This document shows positions 42,301-50,208 of a stretch of DNA of 64,000 nt, in pieces (the stretch's first letter is position 1; each line of letters begins with the position of its first letter). The stretch lies in assembly GCA_965223325.1 (NCBI GenBank), contig CBDCWI010000002.1, positions 2,656,001 through 2,720,000 of the forward strand, read 5' to 3'. This stretch comes from Candidatus Multivoradales bacterium. Its GTDB lineage: Bacteria; Acidobacteriota; Thermoanaerobaculia; Multivoradales; Multivoraceae. The notes under the pieces are model-generated. The model made no database searches. It had not been told where the DNA came from and worked only from the letters and a program-made list of their open reading frames with translations. The translations under genes were made by a program, and so were the position numbers.

Positions 42301-42708
42301 CGAGTCTCCGAGCACCCAGATGCGCTGCGGCTCGGTACTGCCAACGACGGGTGAGGTGCGGAAATAGTGTTCCGCGTCACCACCGGCGAGCGTCTGACTG
42401 GTCGTACCAACGGTGTAGTAGTAGACCGTCGCCGGGTCGAGACCGGTGAGCAGAACGGCGTGATCGGTTGCCAGGTTGAGGCTCGTCGCCTGCCCATCCA
42501 CCACTCCGGGCGCCGCACCATAGGTCACTCGACTGTCGGTGGCGTAGTTCGTTCGCCAGCGCACGACAACGCTATCGGGGGTGCCGCGTTGAAGATAGGG
42601 ACCCCGGGTCACCGTCTGCGCCGCAACCGGCGCTACGGTCGTGACCCCTGAGAAGAGAGCCAGAGCCAACAGAAACGGCATGCTTCGATCAAACGGCAGG
42701 CACTTCAT
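36376..42708 (-). CDS. Giant secreted purple-acid-phosphatase-type metallophosphoesterase with 10 PKD/Ig-like repeats and 4 copies of a second domain
   Basis: RGPYLQ, GDSG, GDNAY, GNHD, FHHPPY and GHSHSYER motifs; repeats begin NxAPxVxAG. Start at 42708 or 42681. Confidence 0.85.
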   Translation of the reverse strand: MKCLPFDRSMPFLLALALFSGVTTVAPVAAQTVTRGPYLQRGTPDSVVVRWRTNYATDSRVTYGAAPGVVDGQATSLNLATDHAVLLTGLDPATVYYYTVGTTSQTLAGGDAEHYFRTSPVVGSTEPQRIWVLGDSGTADDRARAVRDAYLGYTGNMHTQTWLMLGDNAYSDGRDSEYQRAVFDMYPSTLQKSVLWSTLGNHDGRSASSDSQSGVYYDLFTLPRQGEAGGVASGTEAYYSFDVGNVHYVCLDSYDSDNSPTGPMLTWLENDLASTDQTWIVAFFHHPPYSKGSHDSDSSSSLEEIRQNAVPILEAYGTDLILTGHSHSYERSFLIDGHYGSSSSFDPGTMLIDGGDGRASGDGEYDADGPGAVYIVAGSSGKRSSGDFDHPAMYLGLSELGSLVIDVTGNEMYVVFLRENGAVDDEFTLLKGPPPNAAPVVSAGADLGVVLPASVTLTGSVTDDGLSLPLSHTWSQVSGPGTATFTTPAALESSVSFSLEGTYVLRLLADDGEFTATDDVEVTVYPEGTTNQAPSVSAGPPLTLFVTQTASLEGSYSDDGLPQSMGMTFSWAKISGPGTVVFSNPSSPSTGAIFSLPGAYVLRFSVSDGALSSYADLAVTVEDAPQVFETRIAGSNDDGEERLPGGSISLSSSDLEMISDKGTEQVVALRFGGVSVPQGAQIVEAWVQFQADESSSGTTQLQIEAQASDDAPSLSSSTGDFSARPRTVQSVAWTPAPWQSVGDAGADQRTPNLAPVLQEVVDREGWAEGNALAILLTGSGSRVAESYDGESSAAALLHVEYSLGPPPPNQAPVVAAGADQTIHQAQSVSLAATVSDDGQPSPVTVLWSKVAGPGTVTFQDATAEQTDATFSVNGLYTLRIAAYDGEYTTTDDLTVQVDPPPPNEAPVVSAGPNQMIALPSGASLTASVSDDGQPGPVSVLWTVQSGPGAVTFDDNAASATTAWFAAAGLYTLRITADDGELSSFSELTVDVAPQPPNQPPAVNAGGDFMVALGVAGQLSGSVQDDGLVAPPVTLWSKVSGLGAVVFGDASALSTSATFSAPGDYVLRLTVDDGEFTMSDDVSVEVVDAPTVIEVSIDQSNNDAEERVASGSVSRTSSDLELIDDKGKLQLVGLRFEGVAVPPAATILNAWVQFQVDEVDSGATSLEVRAEKIADAPPITSSAFGLSSRQTTTAVATWSPEPWTAVGNRGIAERTPNLSDVLQEVIDLPSWASGNSVLLLVSGSGKRVADSWDGSSSNAPTLHVEFGFGPPAPNQAPTVDVGTDLSIELTDTVQLVANTSDDGQPGPLTIQWSKVSGPGSVTFSAPASASTNASFSAEGGYVLRAEVSDGELAAFDEVAVTVAPPPPNQAPTVDVGADKNVTLPAHVALSAFIDDDGQPSPVSLAWTMVIGPGTVVFADHTAAGTSVSFSADGVYVLRLTAFDGELSSFDELTVTVAPMPPNQGPTVDVGEDRTVAISSPAVLVATVADDGQPGPLALAWSQVAGPGAATFANPESASTTVVFSAVGDYELRLEADDGEFQVNDELTVTVVSQPTTVEVRVAAGSDDAEEDNPGGSVSVTSSDLEMVEESVNQLVGVRFANLDVPQNATIHTAWVQFVADETDSVVTDLSIRIENVGSAAPFSSSNGDLSSRALSTLAVSWSPEPWTSVGAAGSAERTTELKTLLQTVVSRSDWVSGNAVAFLIDGTGKRTADSYEGGSEKAPLLHVEYTTGPPPPNQPPVVFAGTDQTVSIAQSLTLAGSVSDDGRETPVVLAWSQVGGPGTATFTSPDAETTGVSFPIDGTYVLRLSADDGEFTVSDDVEVVVEPLGPNQAPVVAAGADAVVGVGVALQLQGSASDDGQPGPIAVSWSLVSGPASVTFGTPNQLSTDATFGTSGTFVIRLTASDGELDSSDDMTVEVVDTPQTFEVRVSTGADDAEETLSDGSMNVTSSDLEMIDDGAVQLVGMRFQGVAIPPGATIINAWIQFQADEVNSEATSLTFEAHDTGSAPGFTTSDGNISSRPRTQAAVVWNPAPWQTKLDAGPAQQTPNLAPVVQSVVSRPDWVSGNAIAFVVTGTGKRVADSYNGSSSGAPLLHIEYSTSSGRRQRIRSR

Positions 42709-42709
42709 C

Positions 42710-43612
42710 TCAGCAACCCTCCCTGACCGAGCCATCGAGAGCGGCATCGCGCCCTCGACATCCCTTGGGTCTAACCCACGGGCCAGAGCCGGCGCGTAGA
42801 CGCTCGGCGAGTCGCTCGGCGAGTTCCGCTCGGGCCGGGGCGTTGCGGCCATCCCCGCGCTGCTCGAGCGATTGCAAGGCCCCTCGGTAGGCAGCCTCCG
42901 CTTCGCGGTTGCGTCCGAGACGCAGGAGGATCTCGCCCCGCTTCACCATCCACTTCTCGGCTCGGGGCGCCATCCCAAGGACCCGGTCGACGTGTTCTAG
43001 CGCCGCTTCGTCATCGCCTCGGGCCTGCTGGTAATCAAGCGCCCGCACCTCGAGAACCAACAGAGTTCCCAGAGTGTCGGTCGCCGCATCGAGCACCGCG
43101 ATCGCATCCTCGACCCGACTGGGCTCCGCTTCGATGTAAGCCTCGGCCAGCTCGAGGTAGTACGTCGGCCCGGCCATCGGATCAGCCGTGATGACGTCGG
43201 TGTAGTCAACGGCAGCTTCGAGCGGTCGGTCGAGGGCCAAGAGCGCCCGGGCGCGCAGGATCCTGGCGAACAAATGATGGGGTTCAACCTCGAGCGATCG
43301 ATTGAGCTCGGAAAGGGCTGCCTCCACATCGCCAGATTCGAGCAACACCCTGCCAAGCAGAAAGTGAGCCTCCCAGGCGCCAGGTTCTAGCGCGAGGAAG
43401 CGCTCGAGATCGAGTCGCGCCTCTTCGAAATGGTCCACCTGGCGGAGTAGTTCGGCGCGCTGGAGGTAGAGGTCAGCCGCATCGGGGGCCAGTGCGATCT
43501 TGAAGGCCAGCGACGAAATCGCCTCGCTCGGTGCCTCGTGAGCGAAGGCACCCGGTGCAGCCGGCAAGAGAAGCAGAGCCCCGAGAACAAGGGAGCGTGT
43601 TTGAAAGGACAT
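42710..43612 (-). CDS. Secreted TPR protein
   Basis: Signal peptide ending AFA-H; multiple TPR helices; abuts the phosphatase start. Confidence 0.8.
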   Translation of the reverse strand: MSFQTRSLVLGALLLLPAAPGAFAHEAPSEAISSLAFKIALAPDAADLYLQRAELLRQVDHFEEARLDLERFLALEPGAWEAHFLLGRVLLESGDVEAALSELNRSLEVEPHHLFARILRARALLALDRPLEAAVDYTDVITADPMAGPTYYLELAEAYIEAEPSRVEDAIAVLDAATDTLGTLLVLEVRALDYQQARGDDEAALEHVDRVLGMAPRAEKWMVKRGEILLRLGRNREAEAAYRGALQSLEQRGDGRNAPARAELAERLAERLRAGSGPWVRPKGCRGRDAALDGSVREGC

Positions 43613-43794
43613 GAAGAGGGCATCCAGCGTTGTTGGTAGGCGGCGGATCTGGCTCGCAGCCCGCAAATCGAATCTTTGAATCTTATCTATATATCCAGAA
43701 AACTCCAACTTCTAAGAATTCAGCAACCCGCGCTCAAAGAGCGTGGGCAACGGCCGAAAACACGGCCACGGCCGGCCTTGGCAACGACAGCAAA

Positions 43795-43842
43795 GCCAGG
43801 AAGCTAGGAAGCTAGGAGGCTAGGAGGCCAGGAGGCCAGGCT
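43795..43842. repeat. 8-bp tandem repeat x6 (GCYAGGAR)
   Basis: gccaggaa gctaggaa gctaggag gctaggag gccaggag gccaggct, immediately after the polA stop. Confidence 0.85.
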
Positions 43843-43843
43843 T

Positions 43844-46489
43844 TCAGCTCTTGGCGTCGTACCAGGTTTCGCCGAGCGCCGCGTCAACCACCAACGGCAC
43901 AGCCAGCTCGGCCACGCCGACCATCCGAGCGACCACCATGTCGAGCACGGCCGAGGCCTCGGCCTCGGGGACCTCGAGTACCAGCTCGTCATGCACGGTG
44001 AGCAGCAGACGAGTGTTGGGATGCTCGCGTTGCAACACGCCGTCGACTTCGATCATTGCCTTCTTGAGCAGATCGGCAGCCGTTCCCTGAACGCGGGCGT
44101 TGATCGCCATGCGCTTGGCGTTCTCGCGCAGGTTCCAGTTACGACTCTGGATGTCGGGTAGCCAACGGGTACGACCGTAAAGCGTTGTCACGCAGAGGTT
44201 CTCGCGCGCCGCTTCGAGGGTGGTCTCGGTGTACTCGGCGACCTTGGGGAAGCGCTCGAAGTAGGCCTCGATGAACTGCTTGGCCTCCGCGTTGGTGATG
44301 CCGAGATTGTTGGCGAGGCCGAAGGGGCTCATGCCGTAGATGATGCCGAAGTTGATGACCTTGGCGGCCCGGCGCTGGTCGGGCGACACCAAGGCCGGCG
44401 ACACGCCGAAGACGCTGGCTGCGGTTGACTGGTGGATGTCGCCGCCCCTCTGGAAGGTCTCGATCAGTTCCGACTCTTGGGCAATGTGGGCCAGCACTCG
44501 CAGTTCGATCTGGCTGTAGTCAGCGACCAACAGTTGATGCCCAGAAGCGGCACGAAACGCTCGCCGGATCTCGGCACCGCCGTCGGTTCGCACGGGTATG
44601 TTCTGCAGGTTGGGGTTCGCCGAAGACAGCCGTCCGGTCGCAGCCACGGCTTGATTGAAGCGCGTGTGCAGGCGGCCGTTCGAGTCGACCAGCCCCGGCA
44701 GCGCATCGACGTAGGTCGACTTGAGCTTGGTGAGCTCGCGGTAGCGCAGAATGCGCTCCGGCAGGTCGTAACCGCGTGCCGCCAGCTCTTCGAGGGTCTC
44801 GGCGTTGGTCGAGTACTTCTTGGTCTTGCGAGTTTTCTTGACCACCGGATACTCGAGCTTCTCGATCATGATCTGGCCGAGCTGCGCCGGCGAGTTGATG
44901 TTGAACTCCTCGCCGGCGATCTCGTAGATCTCACCTTCGAGCCCGCCGATCCTTTCGGCCAGGTCTTTCGACATGGTCTCGAGGAACTCCGTGTCGAGCT
45001 CGATGCCAGCTTCTTCCATGCGCATGAGCACCGGCATGAGGGGCTCTTCGATCGAGTGGTAGACCGAGGCGGGGTCACCTGGGTCACCGGTACCGGCCTC
45101 GAGTTGTTCAAAGAGCGACGGAGCCATCATGGCGGGGAGGAGGGCGCGTTCCGCGGCGTAGCCGAGCAGGTTGGGATCGCTGGACTCGGGGGGCTTCCCC
45201 TTCATCCAGCCAGCGTCTTTCTCGGTCGTTGCTTTGTAGTCGAGTCGCTCGATCGTCACGTCGCCGAGGCCGAAACTGCGCACCGCGGTACGCAGGAGGT
45301 ACGCCAGCAGCATCGTGTCGACCAGCCCAGCGCGTACGTCGACGCCGCGGCCAGAGAGGCGCAGAACCTCCTTGAGGTCATGCCCGACCAGGTCACGTTT
45401 CGGATCGCCGACCCATTCGCGAAGCGACACAATGACTGCCTTGCGAAGCGCTTCATCGCGAAAGTCTGCGAACACCGATTCACCTTCGCCGGTAGCGAGT
45501 GAGAGGCCGACTGGCTCCTGTTCCCCGATCACTCCCAGTTCGACTCTCTGGCCAACATCCTTTGCGACCGTCTTCCAGGCAGCGACACTGTCGATGAGCA
45601 TCGCCGGTTCGATGGTGACCCGGGTCGGTACAGCGCCCTGCGCATCGAGCTCTTCAACCAGTGAGAAGAAGTCGAGCTCGCGGTACAGCTCACGCAGCGC
45701 CTCCGCGTCAGGCTCTTCGAGGCGCAGGCTTTCGGGGTCGAAAGCCATGTCGAGCTCGGTCTGGATAGTGACGAGCTCTTTGGACAAGAGCGCCTGCTCG
45801 CGGTTGTTCAAAAGACCTTCGCGATAGTTCTTGCGCTTGATCTCTTCGGCGTGATCGAGCAGCTTCTCGACCGTGCCGTACTCCTCGATCAGCTTCTTGG
45901 CCCCCTTTTCGCCGATGCCCGGCACACCTGGAACATTGTCGACGGAGTCGCCCATCAGCGCCAAGACGTCGATGACCTGCTCTGGCGGCACCCCGAAGTC
46001 TTCCTTGACCAGCGCCGGATCGTAGAGCTTCTCGCGGAAGGTGTGCCACACGTTGACCTTGTCAGAGACCAGCTGGAAGAAGTCTTTGTCGGCGGTGACC
46101 AGGACGACTTCGAACCCCGCCGCCACGGCCTGCCTGGTGATCGTCCCCACGACGTCGTCGGCCTCCCACTCCTCGATCTCGAGCATCGGAATGCGGAAGC
46201 CCTCGATGGCACGCCGAATCGCCGGCATCTGCGCCTTGAGGTCGTCGGGCATGGCGCTGCGGTTGGCCTTGTACTCGGCGTACTGTTCCTTGCGCGCTCC
46301 GTGACCGCCGGTGTCGAGCGCGATGCCGATGAGGTCTGGCCGCTCCTCGCGCAGCAGCTTGCGCAACATGTTGACGAAGCCGTATACCGCGTTGGTCGGC
46401 TCACCCCGGGCGTTCGATAGGCCGTGAATGGCGTAGAACGCCCGAAAGATGTTCGAGTAGCCGTCGATCAGGAATAGACGCTCGGCCAA
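43844..46489 (-). CDS. polA: DNA polymerase I
   Basis: LIDG...RAFYA, EADD, GDSVDNVPGVPGIGEK, TGRLSSANPNLQNIP, ADYSQIELR, RRAAKVINFGIIYG, VHDE. TTG start inferred. Confidence 0.97.
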   Translation of the reverse strand: MAERLFLIDGYSNIFRAFYAIHGLSNARGEPTNAVYGFVNMLRKLLREERPDLIGIALDTGGHGARKEQYAEYKANRSAMPDDLKAQMPAIRRAIEGFRIPMLEIEEWEADDVVGTITRQAVAAGFEVVLVTADKDFFQLVSDKVNVWHTFREKLYDPALVKEDFGVPPEQVIDVLALMGDSVDNVPGVPGIGEKGAKKLIEEYGTVEKLLDHAEEIKRKNYREGLLNNREQALLSKELVTIQTELDMAFDPESLRLEEPDAEALRELYRELDFFSLVEELDAQGAVPTRVTIEPAMLIDSVAAWKTVAKDVGQRVELGVIGEQEPVGLSLATGEGESVFADFRDEALRKAVIVSLREWVGDPKRDLVGHDLKEVLRLSGRGVDVRAGLVDTMLLAYLLRTAVRSFGLGDVTIERLDYKATTEKDAGWMKGKPPESSDPNLLGYAAERALLPAMMAPSLFEQLEAGTGDPGDPASVYHSIEEPLMPVLMRMEEAGIELDTEFLETMSKDLAERIGGLEGEIYEIAGEEFNINSPAQLGQIMIEKLEYPVVKKTRKTKKYSTNAETLEELAARGYDLPERILRYRELTKLKSTYVDALPGLVDSNGRLHTRFNQAVAATGRLSSANPNLQNIPVRTDGGAEIRRAFRAASGHQLLVADYSQIELRVLAHIAQESELIETFQRGGDIHQSTAASVFGVSPALVSPDQRRAAKVINFGIIYGMSPFGLANNLGITNAEAKQFIEAYFERFPKVAEYTETTLEAARENLCVTTLYGRTRWLPDIQSRNWNLRENAKRMAINARVQGTAADLLKKAMIEVDGVLQREHPNTRLLLTVHDELVLEVPEAEASAVLDMVVARMVGVAELAVPLVVDAALGETWYDAKS

Positions 46490-46653
46490 GCCAATTACCT
46501 CAACGGGGAACGACGAACAGATCCCGAAACAAGAGGGTTCTAGATGGAACGCGGAGGAACGCCGCAAGGTATCACGCACCCTGGAGGCTTATCGCCCAGA
46601 GCGGCCCCCTCCCGGCTGCCCCCCGCGCTCCTCGTTAGAGCTAGACTCCTCTG

Positions 46654-49600
46654 ATGCGTTTCATAGCCGTTTCGTTCGCGCTCAGCGGGGTGCTCGCGGC
46701 ATCCCTCCAGGCAGCTCCTCCGAGTGCCGAGGCGGTAGAACTCCGCAACCTCGGCATCGCCCTGCTCGAGAACGAGAAGGAACTCGAGGCCGCCGACACC
46801 TTTCGCAAGCTGGCAACGCTGGTTCCCGAGGACCCGCTACCGTGGGCCAACCTCGCCGTCGCTCTCTTGCGCACTTCGAAGACCGACGAAGCCAAAGAAG
46901 CGATCGCCAAGGCGCTCTCCATCGCGCCCGAACGGGCCGACCTGATCGGAATCGATGCCGAGATCATGCAATGGAGTGGCGAACTCGAGGCATCGGTTGG
47001 CCGTTGGGCCGAAGCCGCTTCCCTGGCGCCGCGTGACGTCGAGCTGCAGTACAAGCTCTGGGACACCGCCTCGAGTGCAAGTAGTGAGACAGCAAGGGAG
47101 CACCTCGAGACCGCGATCGAACGCCTGGCGGATCTGCGGCCCGAAAACCCGCTGGTGCTCCTTCAGCTCGGTGAGATCGCACTCCGAAACGGCGATGCCA
47201 AACGTGCCACCCGCGCCTACAAGCGCCTGCGCGAACTGACGTGGGTAGACCCTGAGACGAGCGCCCAGGCAGACCGCATGTTCGACCTGATCTTTCCGCT
47301 CCTCGAGACCGGAGACCTCGACAAAGCCATCCGGCCGGCGCGCGGTCTCGGCAACATCTTCAATGCCCCCCCCAGGTCGAACACCACCCGCGCCGATCTG
47401 ACTCCCCCCATCCAAGGCATCCCCGTTGACCGATTCGTTGACGAGCCCCCTCCGACAGATTTCGGCAACCCCCTCGAGGTGTCGTTCAAGCTCGGGAAGC
47501 TCGCCGACGGTGCGACCTCCGGCCGCGCCTTGGCAGTGGCCGACTTCGACGGCGACCACATGCCCGACACCGCGCGCATCCTGGCGGGAAACGAACCGCA
47601 GCTCGAAGTACGTCTGGCAAGCGGCAAACGACAGCTCCTCGCTGGCCAGTCGCACCACGGCCTCTTGTCGATCGACCTCGACAATGACGGACACCTCGAT
47701 CTGATCGGTTTCGGTGCCCCAGGCGACGACGCGGCGATGCAGGGCTGGTCCGGAGCCGCCAGCGGCACCATGACCGACGCCACCGAAACCTTCGGCATCG
47801 GGAAGGTCAACGCCACCGCTATCGCGGCGGTCGACTTCGATGCTGAAGGCGATCTCGATCTGTTGGTTGCCAAACGAGGCAGCGACCTCGAGCTTCTTCG
47901 CAACAACCTGGCGGGCCCGCTCGAAAGCGTTGGCGAGAAGTCACTGCCGCCGCTGCGCGACCGCAGCGTCACCGATATCCACGCCTCCGATCTCGACCTC
48001 GACGGTGATCTCGACGTGCTGGTGGCGCATGAAGGTGGCGTGACCTGGCTTCAGAACCTGCGTCAAGGACGCTTTGGCAACGAAACAGCGATCGGTGGCC
48101 TCCGGCAACGGCCGGCGGCCAGCGCCCTCGTCACCGCCGACCTCGACGACGATGGCCGCATCGACATCCTGTCGGTGGGTTCCGGAGTTGACTTCATGCG
48201 CTCGCTGGGCCGGCGTTTTGAGCCCGCAGCGTCCGAAGGACTCGATGTCAAGGGCGGCCAGGACGCAGTCGCGGCAGACTTCGATAACGACGGCGTGCTC
48301 GACCTGGCGGTCGCTGAAGCGCGCGGCGTCAGTGTGTTCCTTCGTCGCGGCCCGAAGTACGAGAAGCTCGAAGTGGCGCTCAAGGCCGCCACCCTCGAAG
48401 CTGCCGACATCGATCGCGACGGCGACCTCGACATCGTCGCTACCGGCCCCGAAGGCCTGCACCTGCTCACCAACGAAGGCGGCAACCAGAACCACTGGTT
48501 GCGAGTGCGCCTACGCGGTCTCGACGCCGACAACCAGAAGAACAACCACTTCGGGCGCGGCGCACTGGTCGAAGTCAAGAAGGGGCGCGCACGTCAGGTT
48601 CGCGAAGCCAACAGCGATGAACTGCACTTTGGCGTCGGCCGCTTCCGTGAGGTCGATCTTCTGCGCGTGGTGTGGAACAACGGAGTACCGCAAAACCGGC
48701 TCGAACCGAAGGCCGATCAAGAGATCGTCGAAGAACAGCTGCTCAAAGGTAGCTGCCCGTTTCTCTACACCTGGAACGGTGAGGAGGTCGTGTTTGTCAC
48801 CGATCTTCTGTGGGGCGCACCGCTCGGAATGCCGCTCGCCGATGGGGTGTGGAACGTTTTCGATCCCGAAGAACTGGTGCGCATCGACGGTGCGGCGCTG
48901 CGCGACGGCCGCTGGGACCTGCGCATCACCGAAGAGCTCTGGGAAACGGCCTACTTCGATCGCGTCAGACTGTGGGTGGTCGACCACCCCAAAGATGTCG
49001 AGGTCGCCAGCAGCCTCCGAATCGTCCCCGGGGCCTCTGGCGACCATCCGGCGTTGGTTGATCGGGTGCTCGGCACGCGCGCGGTCCGTCCGGTCGCCCA
49101 GGCAGTCGACGGCCAGGGTCGAGACGTCACCGCGCGCGTCGCCCGTCGTGACGACATCTACGCCGACGGCTACCCGTCGGGGCGCTACCAGGGGGTGACC
49201 CCCGCGCCATGGTCGGTCGAGTTCGACCTCGGTGAAGCACCCGTGGCTCCCGTTCGCCTGCTCCTCGACGGCTGGGTCTTCCCAGCCGACGCCAGCCTGA
49301 ACATCGCCACCTCACAGCGCACAGACCTCAACTGGACGTTTACGCGACTCGAAGCGCTCACCGAAGATGGTTGGCAAACGCTACTCGACCCGATGGGTTT
49401 CCCGGCTGGCAAGACCAAAACGATGGTGGTCGACACGCCGGCGCTTCCCGCCGGAACGACGCGCCTGCGCATCGTCTCTTCACGCTGGCTGCACTGGGAC
49501 CGCATCGCCTGGAGCCTCGAGCCGGCCGACGACGCACCGGTGGTAGCGGCTCGTCTTTCCCCCGACACTGCCGAGCTCGGCTATCGCGGTTTCTCGAAGC

Positions 49601-50007
49601 TCGTGCAGAGCGCTCCGAACGCACCGCACACTTTCGAGTACTCGCAAGTGAGCGAAGCTTCCCCCTGGCTCAGCATCGGCGGCGCCGCAACGCGCTACGG
49701 CGATGTGTCGCCACTCCTTACTGATGTCGAAGACGAGATGGTAGTGCTCAAGCCTGGCGACGAAATGCGTCTCACCTTCGACGCCGGCAAGGTTGCGCCA
49801 GTCGCCCACGGCTATCGGCGCACCCTGTTTCTCGAGAGCCACGGCTACGACAAGGATGCAGACCGCAATACCTGGGAAGCCGACAGCACCGAGCCGTTTC
49901 CCTTCCGGGGCATGACCTCGTACCCACTTCCCGAGGGCGAAGCCTGGCCAGACGACGCCCGCTACCGTCGCTACCTCGAGGAGTGGCAGACGCGCGATGA
50001 CGGTTGA
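46654..50007 (+). CDS. TPR + FG-GAP + ASPIC/UnbV (CRTAC1-like) secreted protein
   Basis: Signal peptide, TPRs, many DxDxDGxxD loops, NHWLRVRLRG, LHFGVG, C-terminal domain starting KGSCPFLY. Confidence 0.85.
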   Translation: MRFIAVSFALSGVLAASLQAAPPSAEAVELRNLGIALLENEKELEAADTFRKLATLVPEDPLPWANLAVALLRTSKTDEAKEAIAKALSIAPERADLIGIDAEIMQWSGELEASVGRWAEAASLAPRDVELQYKLWDTASSASSETAREHLETAIERLADLRPENPLVLLQLGEIALRNGDAKRATRAYKRLRELTWVDPETSAQADRMFDLIFPLLETGDLDKAIRPARGLGNIFNAPPRSNTTRADLTPPIQGIPVDRFVDEPPPTDFGNPLEVSFKLGKLADGATSGRALAVADFDGDHMPDTARILAGNEPQLEVRLASGKRQLLAGQSHHGLLSIDLDNDGHLDLIGFGAPGDDAAMQGWSGAASGTMTDATETFGIGKVNATAIAAVDFDAEGDLDLLVAKRGSDLELLRNNLAGPLESVGEKSLPPLRDRSVTDIHASDLDLDGDLDVLVAHEGGVTWLQNLRQGRFGNETAIGGLRQRPAASALVTADLDDDGRIDILSVGSGVDFMRSLGRRFEPAASEGLDVKGGQDAVAADFDNDGVLDLAVAEARGVSVFLRRGPKYEKLEVALKAATLEAADIDRDGDLDIVATGPEGLHLLTNEGGNQNHWLRVRLRGLDADNQKNNHFGRGALVEVKKGRARQVREANSDELHFGVGRFREVDLLRVVWNNGVPQNRLEPKADQEIVEEQLLKGSCPFLYTWNGEEVVFVTDLLWGAPLGMPLADGVWNVFDPEELVRIDGAALRDGRWDLRITEELWETAYFDRVRLWVVDHPKDVEVASSLRIVPGASGDHPALVDRVLGTRAVRPVAQAVDGQGRDVTARVARRDDIYADGYPSGRYQGVTPAPWSVEFDLGEAPVAPVRLLLDGWVFPADASLNIATSQRTDLNWTFTRLEALTEDGWQTLLDPMGFPAGKTKTMVVDTPALPAGTTRLRIVSSRWLHWDRIAWSLEPADDAPVVAARLSPDTAELGYRGFSKLVQSAPNAPHTFEYSQVSEASPWLSIGGAATRYGDVSPLLTDVEDEMVVLKPGDEMRLTFDAGKVAPVAHGYRRTLFLESHGYDKDADRNTWEADSTEPFPFRGMTSYPLPEGEAWPDDARYRRYLEEWQTRDDG

Positions 50008-50208
50008 GTTCGAGAGACAGCCACAGGCCGGGCCCGCGGTCGCGTGTTATCTTGAAGCCTCAACCTGAACAACTTCTGACGCGTACCTCGAAGCCTGGAA
50101 CTGAGCCCCCGACCAGCACTCCACCTTCTCGAGGGATCTCTGAACCCAAGAATCTCTCTGCCCGGCTGCGGGTTGCCCGGGCAGATCCAAGAACGGAGCG
50201 CACCGTCC

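Noticed and set aside
50008-50208. Amino-acid riboswitch upstream of the NSS transporter
   Set aside because: I could not recognise a glycine, lysine or T-box consensus; there are only generic hairpins.
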